Assembly (NCBI GenBank): GCA_010093745.1 | Contig: MU005990.1 | Coordinates: 124,001-180,942, forward strand | Direction of reading: 5' to 3' | Source of the DNA: Piedraia hortae CBS 480.64 | Lineage: Eukaryota | DNA length: 56,942 bases | In this document: positions 1 through 10,777 of the stretch, in pieces | Layout: each line of letters begins with the position of its first letter | How positions within the stretch are numbered: the first letter of the stretch is position 1 | The notes under the pieces: generated by a model | The model's input: the letters and a program-made list of their open reading frames with translations, nothing else | Databases searched by the model: none | Told to the model about the DNA's origin: nothing | Program-made: the position numbers and the translations under genes

Positions 1-177
1 GCCGGCTCGCTGACATACGGATCAACGACTTCTTCTGCACCCACAACCCCAAACCCAGTGGAGGCCCGAGCGGCCGACTCTGTGATGCCGCAAGTCCCTC
101 GTACAGCGTACGGCTCATTGTCGTTCTCGACATCTTCCTCATCCCTTTCGGCTGGATACGAATCGTCATCCCACTAG
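1..177 (+). CDS. Probable 3' end of a Ser/Thr-rich protein entering from the left edge
   Basis: Frame 1 is open from base 1 (AGSLTYGSTTSSAPTTP...GYESSSH) to TAG at 175-177. The same frame reopens with a duplicated motif (GYESISHSSPST) until TGA at 367-369. No recognisable domain. Confidence 0.35.
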   Translation, partial: AGSLTYGSTTSSAPTTPNPVEARAADSVMPQVPRTAYGSLSFSTSSSSLSAGYESSSH

Positions 178-1203
178 TCGTCAACAGCGCGTTGCTCGGT
201 CGGCTACGAATCAATCTCTCACTCATCGCCATCAACGCTTCCCTCGGCCGCGCCCAAGTCGTCGTCCCAATGGTACTCTTTCCAGGACAAGGGAGTGGCG
301 TTTCTAACGGTGGACGCTAGGAGAGAGGATGGTTCCCCCGGGAGTGGAATGGAGACTGGATATGAGTGATGATTTGATGTTAAGTTGTTGAATAGTGCTG
401 AGATTTAAATGATTGGGTTGTCGTTTGGGCTATGATTCAAGGTAGTTATGTCAGTTGAATTCGTTTTGCGGATGAAAGATTCCATGTTTTCGTTGTGGGG
501 ATGGGCTGTAGATGTGCATGCTACGTGCGGTTTCTCATGAAGATCTCAGGAACTGGCCACTTCGACGATTGTCTTTGGACGATTCCATGCGGTCATAGTG
601 TACATCTATTTTTCACATCACTGAGGTGACCACTAGATCGCCCCAGCCTAAATTTCATGGAAATCTGAAACAAGAGATGACCGGAATGACGAAATCATGT
701 GAGGACAACATCTGCGCAGCAGCTGGGCTATGAACAAATACCAAGGATAGTGTTGAGACAACAAACAAGGACTCTGACTCGATGCACCCTCGTATGCATG
801 AGTCAATGTCCGATATGCTGGCGAGCAAGCTCAGCGATCATACTGCAGATCTGAGGCAGGCAGTGATATCACCGATGAAGAACCCTCTGCAGGCGGAACC
901 ATCGAGTCCACACGGCGCTCGCATCTTCAACAAGCTCAAAAGCGACAAAAACCCGAGAAAAATTCCGCCAATCGCTTCACACAATTAGTGTCTGGGCCAT
1001 CGACAAGCGGATTTGGCTGTAGTACTCCTGTTACGATGTCCTAGGCCAGCATACATTCGAACGTCAAGGGATGCTTTGCCTGCACAGGCGATTTGCCTGC
1101 TTGTGACCGAACCCAAGATACGGAATTCTGTGCCATCGAGGAAACTCAATCCTCCACCGAACCACCGTACGGAAAGATTTAGCATGCCATGCTCTCCGTC
1201 TCT

Positions 1204-1344
1204 AAAGGAAATCGACTCTTTCTCCACCTTTCCACCAGGTGACTGATGTGTCACAAGCGCCCCTTCTGGAACTACACAGTAGAACAGGCCAATTTAATCG
1301 CAATTGACTAAGTTCTCCTGGTCTACGGCATTTTCTAGGAGTTG
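1204..1344 (-). mobile_element. pogo/Tigger-like (DDE_1/CENP-B type) transposase fragment
   Basis: Minus-strand translation QLLENAVDQENLVNCD*IGLFYCVVPEGALVTHQSPGGKVEKESISF matches the pogo consensus N(C/A)DETGLFY..LP..TL....GGK..KERIT, with a stop in place of E. Confidence 0.7.
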
Positions 1345-1399
1345 ACTGGCGGGCCACTCGGCAAATCGTGACCGAGGTGTCGCGTGTTGCAACAGGTAC

Positions 1400-1602
1400 G
1401 TTGTCGATATTGAGTGTGGGGATTGGGTGTTAACCCGCAATCGACTTTATAATCCCATTGCCCATAGCAGCTCGTCCTTTGCCATCAATGCAACAATGTA
1501 TTCCGACTCACACGTGGAATCGGTCTCGGCTCCCGCCACTTGAGCGAATCCTCATGCGGTCCACCTAGCCTTGTATTTGTCTATCGAGCCATCAGCATTC
1601 AT
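1400..1602 (-). mobile_element. Ty1/copia RT and RNase H fragments, fused
   Basis: MNADGSIDKYKARWTA*GFAQVAG (RVT_2 motif DGSI.KYKARLVA.GF.Q..G) is joined in frame to TDSTCESEYIVALMAKDELLWAMGL (copia RNase H motif ST.EAEY.A...A.E.LW). NIDN follows in a shifted frame. Confidence 0.8.
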
Positions 1603-1659
1603 TGAAGGGTGCGTTCGGCCAATCTCCTTTTCTCTTGAAATTGATTTATCTTGCGGGAT

Positions 1660-2240
1660 CCAGTCAATCATCGCTTGCCTTTTCCCTTACGAACACTCGG
1701 AGGCACCGTTTTACTTCTCTGTTGGCATTCTCTGTTAGCTTATCGGTCTGCGGGTGATAGTGGTGGCGGCGGGGTAATCAGCTGAAGTTTGGGGAGGGTC
1801 GTGTCTGGGAATTTCGTCAGCTGGCAACTTTGGCATGTGCGCAGCGCTCCATGGGCGGCTGAGGCTGCCCCTGGATGCCAGAATCTCTCCCCCAGACTCC
1901 TCATGGTCATGCCGACGGATTTGTGCCCTAGTTGCCGATGCACCGTCTAGGCAGTTGAAGGTGTTTTCTTCACGCGGCATAGGTGGCACAAGTGCCGCCA
2001 GAAGTTTGATAAAAATGTGCTCCTGTGATCGGACACGATCGTATCGGGGAAATGGTATGGCTTTCGCACGCGTTGCAGAAATAACTTGGCCAAGGTGGGT
2101 GCGTCTGGGTTCTTGTCACCCGCGCGGTAGGGAGCAAGGTGGCCTACCTTCGTTAGTCAGTCCGTAAATAATATGAGACCCGAAGCTTTTTTTTTCGGGA
2201 GAAAGACGTTGGTTGAATGCATCCAAAGGAACACCAGCTG
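1660..2240 (-). mobile_element. Ty3/gypsy integrase catalytic-core fragment, interrupted by an insertion at 1761-1947
   Basis: LILFTD*LTKVGHLAPY...DAPTLAKLFLQRVRKPYHFPDTIVSDHRSTFLSNFWRHLCHLCRVKKTPSTA / YHPQTDKLTENANREVKRCLRVFV gives the rve motifs DRLTK, IVSDRG..F.S.FW and STAYHPQTDG..E..N. Confidence 0.85.
1761..1947 (-). mobile_element. Integrase HHCC zinc-binding fragment inserted inside the integrase core
   Basis: VHRQLGHKSVGMTMRSLGERFWHPGAASAAHGALRTCQSCQLTK shows the H..LGH...RFW.P...C..CQ..K pattern. It is flanked by a 3-bp direct repeat (TAG at 1758-1760 and 1948-1950). Confidence 0.8.
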
Positions 2241-2419
2241 TGGTAGAAGCCTCTCATAAGGCCAGTACTAAGGATGACATCTGCGGAAGGGGCACTGTTA
2301 ACTTTCGTAGCCTGTGTCGAAATATTGTCATTTTTGAAGCGCTCGCACGGCACACTCAGCAGGTGGTTCCAGCTGTCGAATTCACCAAAGCACCATTAAG
2401 GATAACATATCAAAGCCTT

Positions 2420-2796
2420 GCCTTGAACGATAACCCATTCAGGGCTTTCCCCTCAACAAATGATCCATCCGATCACAGATGCCGATGAACCTTTGGTTAT
2501 GATGTGGACCGATAGTTCCTCGCCATCGGCATCTATGCCAAAACCAGTGGAGTTTACTTCATAGCAGGCCTTGTTGTATAGTGTCTTCCAGTCCCTCCAC
2601 TTTGCTGATCAGTATTATAGGGAAGAATCATCGTTTGGTCTTCCAGAAACTTCGCAAGCTCTTTTTCCGAAGGTTTATGCCGCCATTCTTTGGCGTGCAG
2701 TCCTTAGGCAAGAACCCCAACGCTCTGCTCAAAAGCCCAGGAGAAGGTCGACCTCGTTGGCGCCCCAGTAACGGTATGGGTGCAAGGAGGAGCCAT
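2420..2796 (-). pseudogene. Frameshifted Myb/SANT-like DNA-binding gene (resembles the PIF/Harbinger accessory ORF)
   Basis: Stitched frames read RYWGANEVDLLLGF*AERW ... EKELAKFLEDQT ... KWRDWKTLYNKACYEVNSTGFGIDADGEE ... ICDRMDHLLRGKP. This has the W..E..LL helix and the KW...K..Y.KA....N.TG.G tail typical of trihelix/SANT-like TE proteins. Confidence 0.55.
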
Positions 2797-2820
2797 TTCA
2801 ATAAGCGTTTGCAAAAGTGA

Positions 2821-2945
2821 GTGTATCTAGACATAATGCGTGAGTATAGCGGTGTTGTGTTACGTGATGAGCACGGAGCAGGGCAAAATAAGGCTGGGTG
2901 GACGTATACTGGGCAATTTTGCTTGGTACCATTTTATGGAGTTTG
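2821..2945 (+). mobile_element. Possible Tc1/IS630 (DDE_3) transposase fragment
   Basis: VYLDIMREYSGVVLRDEHGAGQNKAGWTYTGQFCLVPFYG resembles Y....LVF.DESG.......GW...G..C around the first catalytic D. Confidence 0.4.
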
Positions 2946-3309
2946 GGCACTCGAATACCGGATTGATTAAGGAAATCCCCTTTCTCACACATGTCGCGGT
3001 TGCTCGCCTTGTTCATGGCATTTGGTTCATTTTTGGTTACGTACTGAGAGCTGATCGCTCGTTTTCACTGGCTTTAGCAGAAGCATGTAAATTTGTCGGT
3101 CTTTACGAGGCCATGATTGATTCCAAAGGCACTTTTATACGAATTACGCTTGCCCCAAAATTTCCGATCCTGTGAGTAGGCAAGTCTCGACAATGGTGCT
3201 TGCGTGTCCCCCAACTCACAAAAGAAGTCCCAGTCACCACCTCGACCGCCCTTGACCAGCTTATCCTCACGGGTCCATCCCACGAGCCTGCACGGAGAGT
3301 GTGAATGAA

Positions 3310-3470
3310 CGGAGTATGGAGAAATCTGAGCTTTAAGGAAAAGCCTCGTGAGCGCGGACGAACGGACATTTGATTTGGCTTGGCGTACCCCAGGTACCGA
3401 AGCTCACAGCACATGAGGTAGAGAAGAAGCAATGGCTGTCAAGTTTTCGTTATCCCTTCGAGTGTAGGGG
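3310..3470 (+). mobile_element. Possible MULE transposase fragment
   Basis: ALRKSLVSADERTFDLAWR and EKKQWLSSFRYPFECRG loosely resemble the Mutator insertion-domain pattern (LV.A..E..F..AW; KE.W..AF...F..G). Weak match. Confidence 0.25.
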
Positions 3471-3499
3471 GAACTGTGGCAGATGTTTGTGTGTTCGTG

Positions 3500-3635
3500 T
3501 GTGTCTATCTGCAGGGAGTGCATGCCCCGCGAGCCCACTTTGGACTGGACCGCATGTATCGAAGTCAAAAGCAGGGAAAAACCATCTGGGTGGCAGGAAA
3601 CAGTGCGAGATAGATATCGGGTACATTATCCCTAT
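3500..3635 (+). mobile_element. Possible second integrase HHCC N-terminal fragment
   Basis: VYLQGVHAPRAHFGLDRMYRSQKQGKTIW resembles H....H.G.DR.Y......YW. Confidence 0.4.
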
Positions 3636-3928
3636 CACTAGACCGACTAACTCTCGTGCCGAGTAAATTCTTATCTTTTTATCTGCCGAGGGATTTTAGG
3701 GAACATTGTAGCTGGGCCCTCCCATTGAAGCTACCGCTGTCTATGTACTGTAAGTCAAGCTCGTCGACTACCTGTCACAACACAATGCATCTACAAAGGC
3801 GTGAAGCTGTCATTCAATAACAGATGTAATGACCGCATGTAGATACGTAGGTTGGAAAACCACATATAATCAGGTTTAAAAACCCGCGTAGATCGAGTTT
3901 CGTATCCGGAAAACCTCTGCGTGGTCTA

Positions 3929-5683
3929 TTACAACCTGAGGTAAGGCACAAACTCGGGTCTTGTCGGATCCAGTTCTCCCTCATCATTGGGCGTAGTCAT
4001 AGTCGTCGGCATAGTTATGATCGTCCTTCCACACCGCGACACATGGCCTATAGCCGAATCCCTTGCTGTACGCGCACGCAATGTCCCCTGAGTGGGTTTG
4101 GGTGAAAAAATAGGCTCCATTATCGACCTATTGATGTCTTGTGGGTCGGTGGCTTGCTGCCGACGCTGCTGCTCGACACGTTGTTGTTGTTCATGCATTT
4201 GGGGTTGTTGCGGTTGCAATTGCATTGGAGAGTATTTGTCTTGTCGTTGCAGATTCCGCTGCGACTGTTGGTGGGAAGTAGATACTTCGCGCGCTACCGG
4301 GGCCCTCGGTTGCCGCAATTGGGGTCGCCTCGGAGGCGTAGGCCCAGGCAGAAAACGCATCTTTAAGGCATGAAGGAGAGCGCGCAGCTCCGCTCTGCCC
4401 GCTTGGGCGATCGTTTGGCAGCCTACGTAGTCCACCCGGATGGAGCTAATATCCACGCCACGAGAGCTATTCGGCATGAGTACAGATTGAAAAGCCTGCT
4501 GTTCGTTAGCCGACCATCGAAAGATGGAAATAAGAGGAAAACTTGCGGCCCAGGTTTCGTCATTGCAGTTGGGATGGCGCTCAAGCACAATGAAAGGCCA
4601 CATGTGATCTTGGTCTCTGATTCCGCCACAGGAGGGACTCTCCGTAGGAATCAGCCAACCATGCCCGGAGTCAAAGAGTTGAGTGTAAACTTGATTCTTC
4701 TGGCGCATCGAGAATCCTGGGCAGGTGAGGATCGATACAACTAGCTCTTGGAGGAGAGTCACGCGTTGGGAGGTTTGTAACGCATGCTTGACGACAAAAT
4801 TCGCCGCATCAAAGATCAAGTCCCGCTCGCGCAGTGTAACGAGGCCATGCCCAAACCAAGGGTATTTGTTGATCAAAGTAATGAAATTTTCGTAGGGTAG
4901 AGATGTCTGGGATAGTTTGTTAGCGTGCAGGGGACTCTAGACTTGGAAACCAACCTCGCCCGATTCCTTGACAAGTGTGACCATCTGGTAAAGTTCGGAG
5001 TGGGTTATGAACCCTTCGAATTCCGCAGCAGGGACGAGACGATTTCCTCGCCAGAGCACAGGTACTCCGTCGACCCAAGAAATTTTTGCAGAAGGGAGAA
5101 GAGCACGCATAAGCGCATCCTGACTGCTCAGTTGGAGTCGGACGCTGAAGTTGCCTATGTATTGAAATACATGCCTTTGCCGAGACGCTTCGAAGTACTC
5201 CACCAACGCTTTCGCCAATTCCAAGGTTGCGACTTCCACGTACGCTTCTAGTGTCTTTATATTTTCCGGATCAGAGCGCATGTGTACAGCAAAAAATGGC
5301 GAGCCTGATGGCATACGGACCAACTCGATATATTGAGTCATCATGTCGATGACTTCAGCCCGAGTAGTTTCCAATGCTATGTCGATGATGCGTATAACTC
5401 CTGCGCAGCTCGGGTTGGCCATACGGCAAGGCTCTATGATTGGCATTTCCGCGAGTATCTTTTCGAGCAGGTTGTCCAGAAAGCGAAGCCATAGCAGAGG
5501 GCCCGGATATTGAGAGGTGTACGCTGCAGAGTTTCCTAAGATATCGTGTACGCAGGCAGAGCATTGGCCAATTAAATCTGTCGGAAGATTGTCATCATGG
5601 TGCTGACCATGACAAGTCGCTGACAACGTTTTCACATCACTCCAGCCGCTCATATCGGCCAGAGGTCTTCTTTGCGAGCTCAT
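3929..5683 (-). CDS. Fungal RRM-like domain protein, paralog A (568 aa, 2 exons: 5683-4955, 4906-3929)
   Basis: Intron 4954-4907 (GTTGGT...GCTAAC...CCCAG) joins two ORFs in frame. Motifs: GVIRIIDI, AYVEV, LSSQDALMRALLP, FEGFIT..EL, PYENFITLINKYPW, CPGFS. Gln-rich tail. Confidence 0.8.
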
Positions 5684-6682
5684 ACTAGTTGGTTGAGTAT
5701 GCGGTAGAGAATTAGCGCTGTGGAATCTAATACTGGTTTCTCTTGCGTTTGAAACAGTTGTCTTGCGGTGAGGTCTTAATCATAAAAGAGTTGGGGGGAG
5801 CGAAATCGAGATGTGTGACTAAGATCATAATCCACTTTGGGACCAAAATGCAATGTGGAAATGCGCAGACGCTAGACCTGAATAAGAAGGAACAGCACAT
5901 AAAAGTATGTTGGCATTTCTCCAAAGCCAATCCTAGAGTCGGACTGTTTTCTGGGCTGGCAAAGTGCTTCTCGTGACAGGATTTCTTGTGCCATGTTGGC
6001 GATGAGTACAAGTACTCATCAGTTGACACACCTCCAGATGTTCCTAGAAGATAATAGGGTAGATAACAGTGGCCAGACTTACTTGTGGCTAGTGACCGGT
6101 GCCGTCCTTGTCTTTGTACGCAGAGGACCTCCAAATTCACTTGCCGCACTTGAATAGGCGACGCAACTACATGTGTTTTTAAGATCTAGCCCATGTCAAG
6201 ATTGTTTGACAGAGCTTCATGCTGGTAATACGAGCAGCATCGTCTGCCTTGTAGACACAGCTGTGTGAGACAGTCGTCATATCGAGCGGCGAAATCTGTC
6301 CAAAGCCAAGCGGCAAAGATCTGTTCCACAAGTGCTTGGTGTTATCTTTCTCATATGACAGCACGTAGCACTTAATACTTGAGATTCATTCGACAGGCTG
6401 ACTATCTGGTGGTATGCAAGCCGATTGCCAAGGAAGGTCTGCATAGCTGCCTGTTCTAATGCTTATTGCCTCTGCTATGCACTATTTTGCAACAACTGAG
6501 AATGGCTCAGTCAAATCGTAATATCTTCCTTATAGATTGGACACGAGGAATGCGTCGTGAAAAACAGCTCTCCACAGCACTTTGCGTTCATCTGGTGAGG
6601 TTTCAACGCTAAGTCCAATTCGGTTTAGCGCATCAATCTCACGACCTCACCCGGGTTCAAGGCAACAAGGCATGTAGCAAGC

Positions 6683-7334
6683 ATGTCGCAATCCCTTCGA
6701 CCATATCTCGCATGCGTACGCAGCACACTGACAGCTGCTCTAACGCTATCCAACTTCGCATCGCAAGCTTCGGAGCGTCACAACGTACCCGAGATCGAAG
6801 CGCAGACCTCACCTGAACTGATTCTGACGCCGCTGACGGTGGCACGCAATGCCGAAGAACGTGTACTTGTGGAACCCTCTATAAACAGTGTGCGTGTGAG
6901 CATTCGCATCAAGCAAGCAGACGAAATAGAACACATCCTGGTGCACAAATTTACAAGGTTTTTGGCTCAGCGAGCAGAGGCCTTTTTCATTTTGCGGCGG
7001 AAAGCGGTCCCGGTATGGATATTGTGACTAGGATAAGATCTTACTGATTTGGAAAGGGATATGACATTTCGTTCTTGATCACAAACTTCCATGCGGAGGA
7101 AATGCTGCGGCACAAACTGGTGGATTTCATCATCCAGTTCATGGAAGAGGTGGACAAGGAGATTTCAGAGATGAAGCTTTTTGTGCGTTGGCCTCTGTTC
7201 ACTTTGAAGCGAATACTAACTGAAACACAGCTCAATGCACGCGCGAGGTTTATCGCAGAGAGTTTCCTGACACCGGTACGTTTCCAGTGTCATGTTTGGA
7301 GCAAAGTCACTAACAAAAACAACAGTTTGACTGA
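6683..7334 (+). CDS. ARC19: Arp2/3 complex subunit 4 (p20-Arc); exons 6683-7012, 7057-7182, 7231-7275, 7326-7334
   Basis: MSQSLRPYL...[16 protein letters not shown]...[18 protein letters not shown]...[12 protein letters not shown]...[17 protein letters not shown]. Three canonical GT-AG introns of 44-50 nt. Confidence 0.95.
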
Positions 7335-7570
7335 GCGGTTGTGCATGACCGCCAAAGAAGTGGCAATCGAGGTTAGCAATAGAATGAAAAACACTGCGCA
7401 TCGCACAATGTTATGACACATAAACAAAATGTTTTCAGTGCAAAGATTCACAGGAACAATGCCGCACCCGCTCCTTCTACATTTGGCCACGTCACCCTAT
7501 ATATTGACCACACACACAACAGACTGTTAACACGCACCTGAGCAATTCTTTCAACACATACTATATTGCT

Positions 7571-9467
7571 ATGGGATCAAAGCGGAGCCGAAAGACGACC
7601 AAGGACCACATTCGACCGGACAGCATCCGTCAGGTGGAGACTTCAACGCAGCAGAACAACCAAGACTCTGCAGATTTCAACCATCATTCTGAAAGAAGTT
7701 TGTCGCAATCGAATAGCCGAAGCACGAGTCGTCCGACCAGTCATTCTTTTGCTGACCATCATTCAATGTCCGCAGAGGAAAGAAGCACGGCGAGCGAGTA
7801 CTCGGAAGAGCCCAACTTTCGCCATAATCTCAACCAGAGACGGGCGAGTCTTCTCCGCCTCGGGGCTACCTATGCTGGCGATGGGCAAGACTCTGGGCGT
7901 CAGCGACGTCGATCATCCAGCCTTCCGCGCAGCTTTCATGTCTTGGACAGCGTTGATCCAGCCATAATTCAACGGATTAGGGTCGCACCACATGATACCT
8001 ACGGCAACAGCGCGGCATTCATGTTTCCATGTCCGCGAACACCCAAGTGGCAGGTCACCTTTCGGGGCAGAAAAGTTCTGCCAAGCGTAGAAGACATGCT
8101 CGTCGAGTTCCCACTCATCGAAGCCTACAACTTCGTTCGCCCAAGCGATGCTGATGTTCTTGTAGTGCGTAATGTCCCGCTGGACGCTATGAAGCAAGAT
8201 GTCCTCAAGTTGTTTGACAACATGCCCTACCAGATCGTCGAGCAACCCATCGGAACGGGGTACAGAGCCATCCACTTAGTCCCTTGTCATCGAAGCGGCA
8301 CGAAACTGAGCGCATATGTCGAGTTTCGCACGCCCTGCGCAGCGCGCGCAATAACGAAACACTTTATCAACCGCGCAAAAGCAACCTCGTCCGGAGCTGG
8401 TGGCGGCTACTACATCGGCGGGAACCGAGTCCGCGTATACGTCACAACGCAGAGCGAGCTGATGGCGGCGCTGTTCCCTTGGGCGCGCGGCGTGCTTTGG
8501 GTGGGCAGTATACCGCACATCTCACCCAAACAATGGAACACGCCAACTGGTTTCCGAGGGTTCATGCACGAAGCCGAGACAAACGCAATGGTCGAAAGCA
8601 CTTTGCGACCCGATAGCGTAAGCAGCTCGTCCTACGATGCATCACGACTAACCTTTGTAGTTTCCCCAGTCCCGCGCCTACCACCTCCGAAGCCTCGAAC
8701 ACTGCATTTCCATTATACATAAATATCCCTGGGGCGCAGCAGAGCATATATTTTTACTCGAGAGGGATGCATTGTTCACTACCGCAAAGCTAATCCTATC
8801 ACTAGGGATCAACAGCCTCGTAGCAGAGCCAAGCAGCATGCCCAAATCGAGCCGCACACGTCGAGTTGTACAAGAACTCGCGATCGCTATCTTCACCTGC
8901 CCCGGCTTCAACGAGGCCCAGAAAAGCGCCGCCTTCGCGCTCCTCGAGAAGCACAATCTTGCTTGGATCATCACGCGAGCCAAGGCAAGCATGCTTCAGG
9001 TGGTTCGCGTAGGCCCTCATCAGGTCCCGCAGATAACGCCGCAGCTTTACTGCTCGAGCGGGACAAGAAAGGAGACTGACGAGTCGTGGCCGTTCCGGGC
9101 CATTGTGCGGTCGCCGACGTTCGGGGACGATCCGGCCACGTTCGCCACGTTCCAGGCGATCCTAAACGAGGGACTCGGGAGGTTGAAGTACGGGCCAGAC
9201 GTCGAGGTCGAGGGGGATTTATTCCCCACGATGAAGGTCGATTACGACAATATCCCCATGACGCTGGCAGAGGTCGGGAGGCGGGAGATGTGTGCGGTGA
9301 TATTCTTACTTGGACTCGTGCTGCAGCGTGATGAGTCCAGGTATCCGGTTTGGATGCAGAGGACAGGGCGTAGGGAGACGGTTACTGGGGTGGAATGTGA
9401 TGGGGATGAAGGGAGAAGGAAACTGCATCAAGTACGCCGAATGTCAACTGCATCGGTCGACTTTTGA
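7571..9467 (+). CDS. Fungal RRM-like domain protein, paralog B (617 aa, exons 7571-8617, 8661-9467)
   Basis: Intron 8618-8660 (GTAAGC...CTAAC...GTAG) joins the ORFs in frame. Motifs VLVVRNVP, AYVEF, TTQSELMAALFPWARGV.W, FRGFMHE.E, EHCISIIHKYPW, CPGF are colinear with paralog A. Confidence 0.8.
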
Positions 9468-9781
9468 GGCAGATAATGTGTTTCTAGCCACCGTATGGGT
9501 GCATTTCTTGCCAAGTTCCATATTTCTATGTCAGTCGGTATGATCTGACGAAGAGTTTTACTGCTACTGCTGCTTTGGGAAGGCACTGGAAGAATACCGT
9601 TTCGGGGAGGCTGACGCGCGGAATAGCGGGTACCTAACCTGAACAGGACTAGTGCACCAGCTGAAAAGGGTAGGTGCACCGGATCAACGTCCTCGACCAG
9701 GTTTGGAACGGCGAGTGCTTCAACACAGTTGAGGTGCGATGGATACTCTCCAAACCGACTAGTTGACTCACGGTATCTGAA

Positions 9782-10747
9782 ATGGCGGCTCCGGCAACGC
9801 CGAGCGCAACGGCAACATGGATACGTCCCGGGGCGGGCATGACGGGCTCCTTCGACTTCGACAGCGACTCGTTGCGGCTGTATGTGTCAGTGTGCGCCGG
9901 CATCTGCTTGAACAGTGTGCTGGAACTGATTGTGGCAATGTTGATGACCTTCCACCACTATCGAGGCAATTTCTTTTGGTCTCTGCTGGCCGCGGGCGCT
10001 GGAACGGTGCTGTATTCGATCGGTTTCCTGCTTCGCTACCTGCACATCACGGCCGGGCACAACCGCTTCATACATCAAACGCTGTTGCAGCTCGGTTCTC
10101 TGCTCATGATAACCGGCCAGTCGTACGTGATGTGGAGCAGACTACGGTTTGTGCTCCGGAACCCGCAGGCAGCCTCGATCCTGCGGTGGACCAGGATCAT
10201 GATAATAGCTACCGTCTTCCTGCTGCACGTGCCGATGACGGTTCTTGCCTTTGGACGGTCAGCCACAAAGTCGACTCCCAGGGGGCCTGCATTTGCCCGC
10301 GCGTTTTCCGTCTTTGAGAAGATACAGATGACGGGCTTCTTCGTCCAGGAAGGCATCTTGTCTGTTCTCTACATCGTCAGCACACTCGGCAGGCTGAAGC
10401 AGAGCCCGGCACCGCTCAAAGTCCGCACTAGGTCCATGTTGAAGCATGTCCTGGGCGTGAATTATTTCTTCATCGCTGTAAACATTATTCTGCTTGTTCT
10501 TGAGTTTGTGTCGATGTACATTCTGGAAACACCACTCAAAGCCGTCTTCTACTCGGTCAAGTTGAAGATGGAGTTTGCGGTGCTCAGCAAGCTAGGCATC
10601 CAGATGGGCGACCGAGGGCGAAAAGAGCGGCCAGAAGACCTGATGGACAACTTCCCAGGCTGGATTCCAACGGCAACCAACAACTCGCTTTCCACGGCGA
10701 GGGGGGGTCTTGGTTCGCCCAAAAGCGACAGTAACTGGCTTGGATGA
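9782..10747 (+). CDS. Fungal multi-pass integral membrane protein (DUF7703-like)
   Basis: About 7 hydrophobic segments, with the motifs FWSLL, MITGQSYVMWSRL, EKIQMTGFFVQE.ILS.LYI and YSVKLKMEF.VL.KL characteristic of this family. Confidence 0.75.
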   Translation: MAAPATPSATATWIRPGAGMTGSFDFDSDSLRLYVSVCAGICLNSVLELIVAMLMTFHHYRGNFFWSLLAAGAGTVLYSIGFLLRYLHITAGHNRFIHQTLLQLGSLLMITGQSYVMWSRLRFVLRNPQAASILRWTRIMIIATVFLLHVPMTVLAFGRSATKSTPRGPAFARAFSVFEKIQMTGFFVQEGILSVLYIVSTLGRLKQSPAPLKVRTRSMLKHVLGVNYFFIAVNIILLVLEFVSMYILETPLKAVFYSVKLKMEFAVLSKLGIQMGDRGRKERPEDLMDNFPGWIPTATNNSLSTARGGLGSPKSDSNWLG

Positions 10748-10777
10748 GTGATTTACATGTACTTAACCTTACGCTTC

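Noticed and set aside
1020..1200. Harbinger-like FLDGT motif (minus strand) or Tc1 HTH-like HRTTVRKDL (plus strand)
   Set aside because: Two mutually exclusive weak readings. It is probably another TE fragment, but I cannot assign the family by eye.
6001..6020. Perfect inverted repeat GATGAGTAC-AA-GTACTCATC
   Set aside because: Isolated 9-bp stem with no supporting context.
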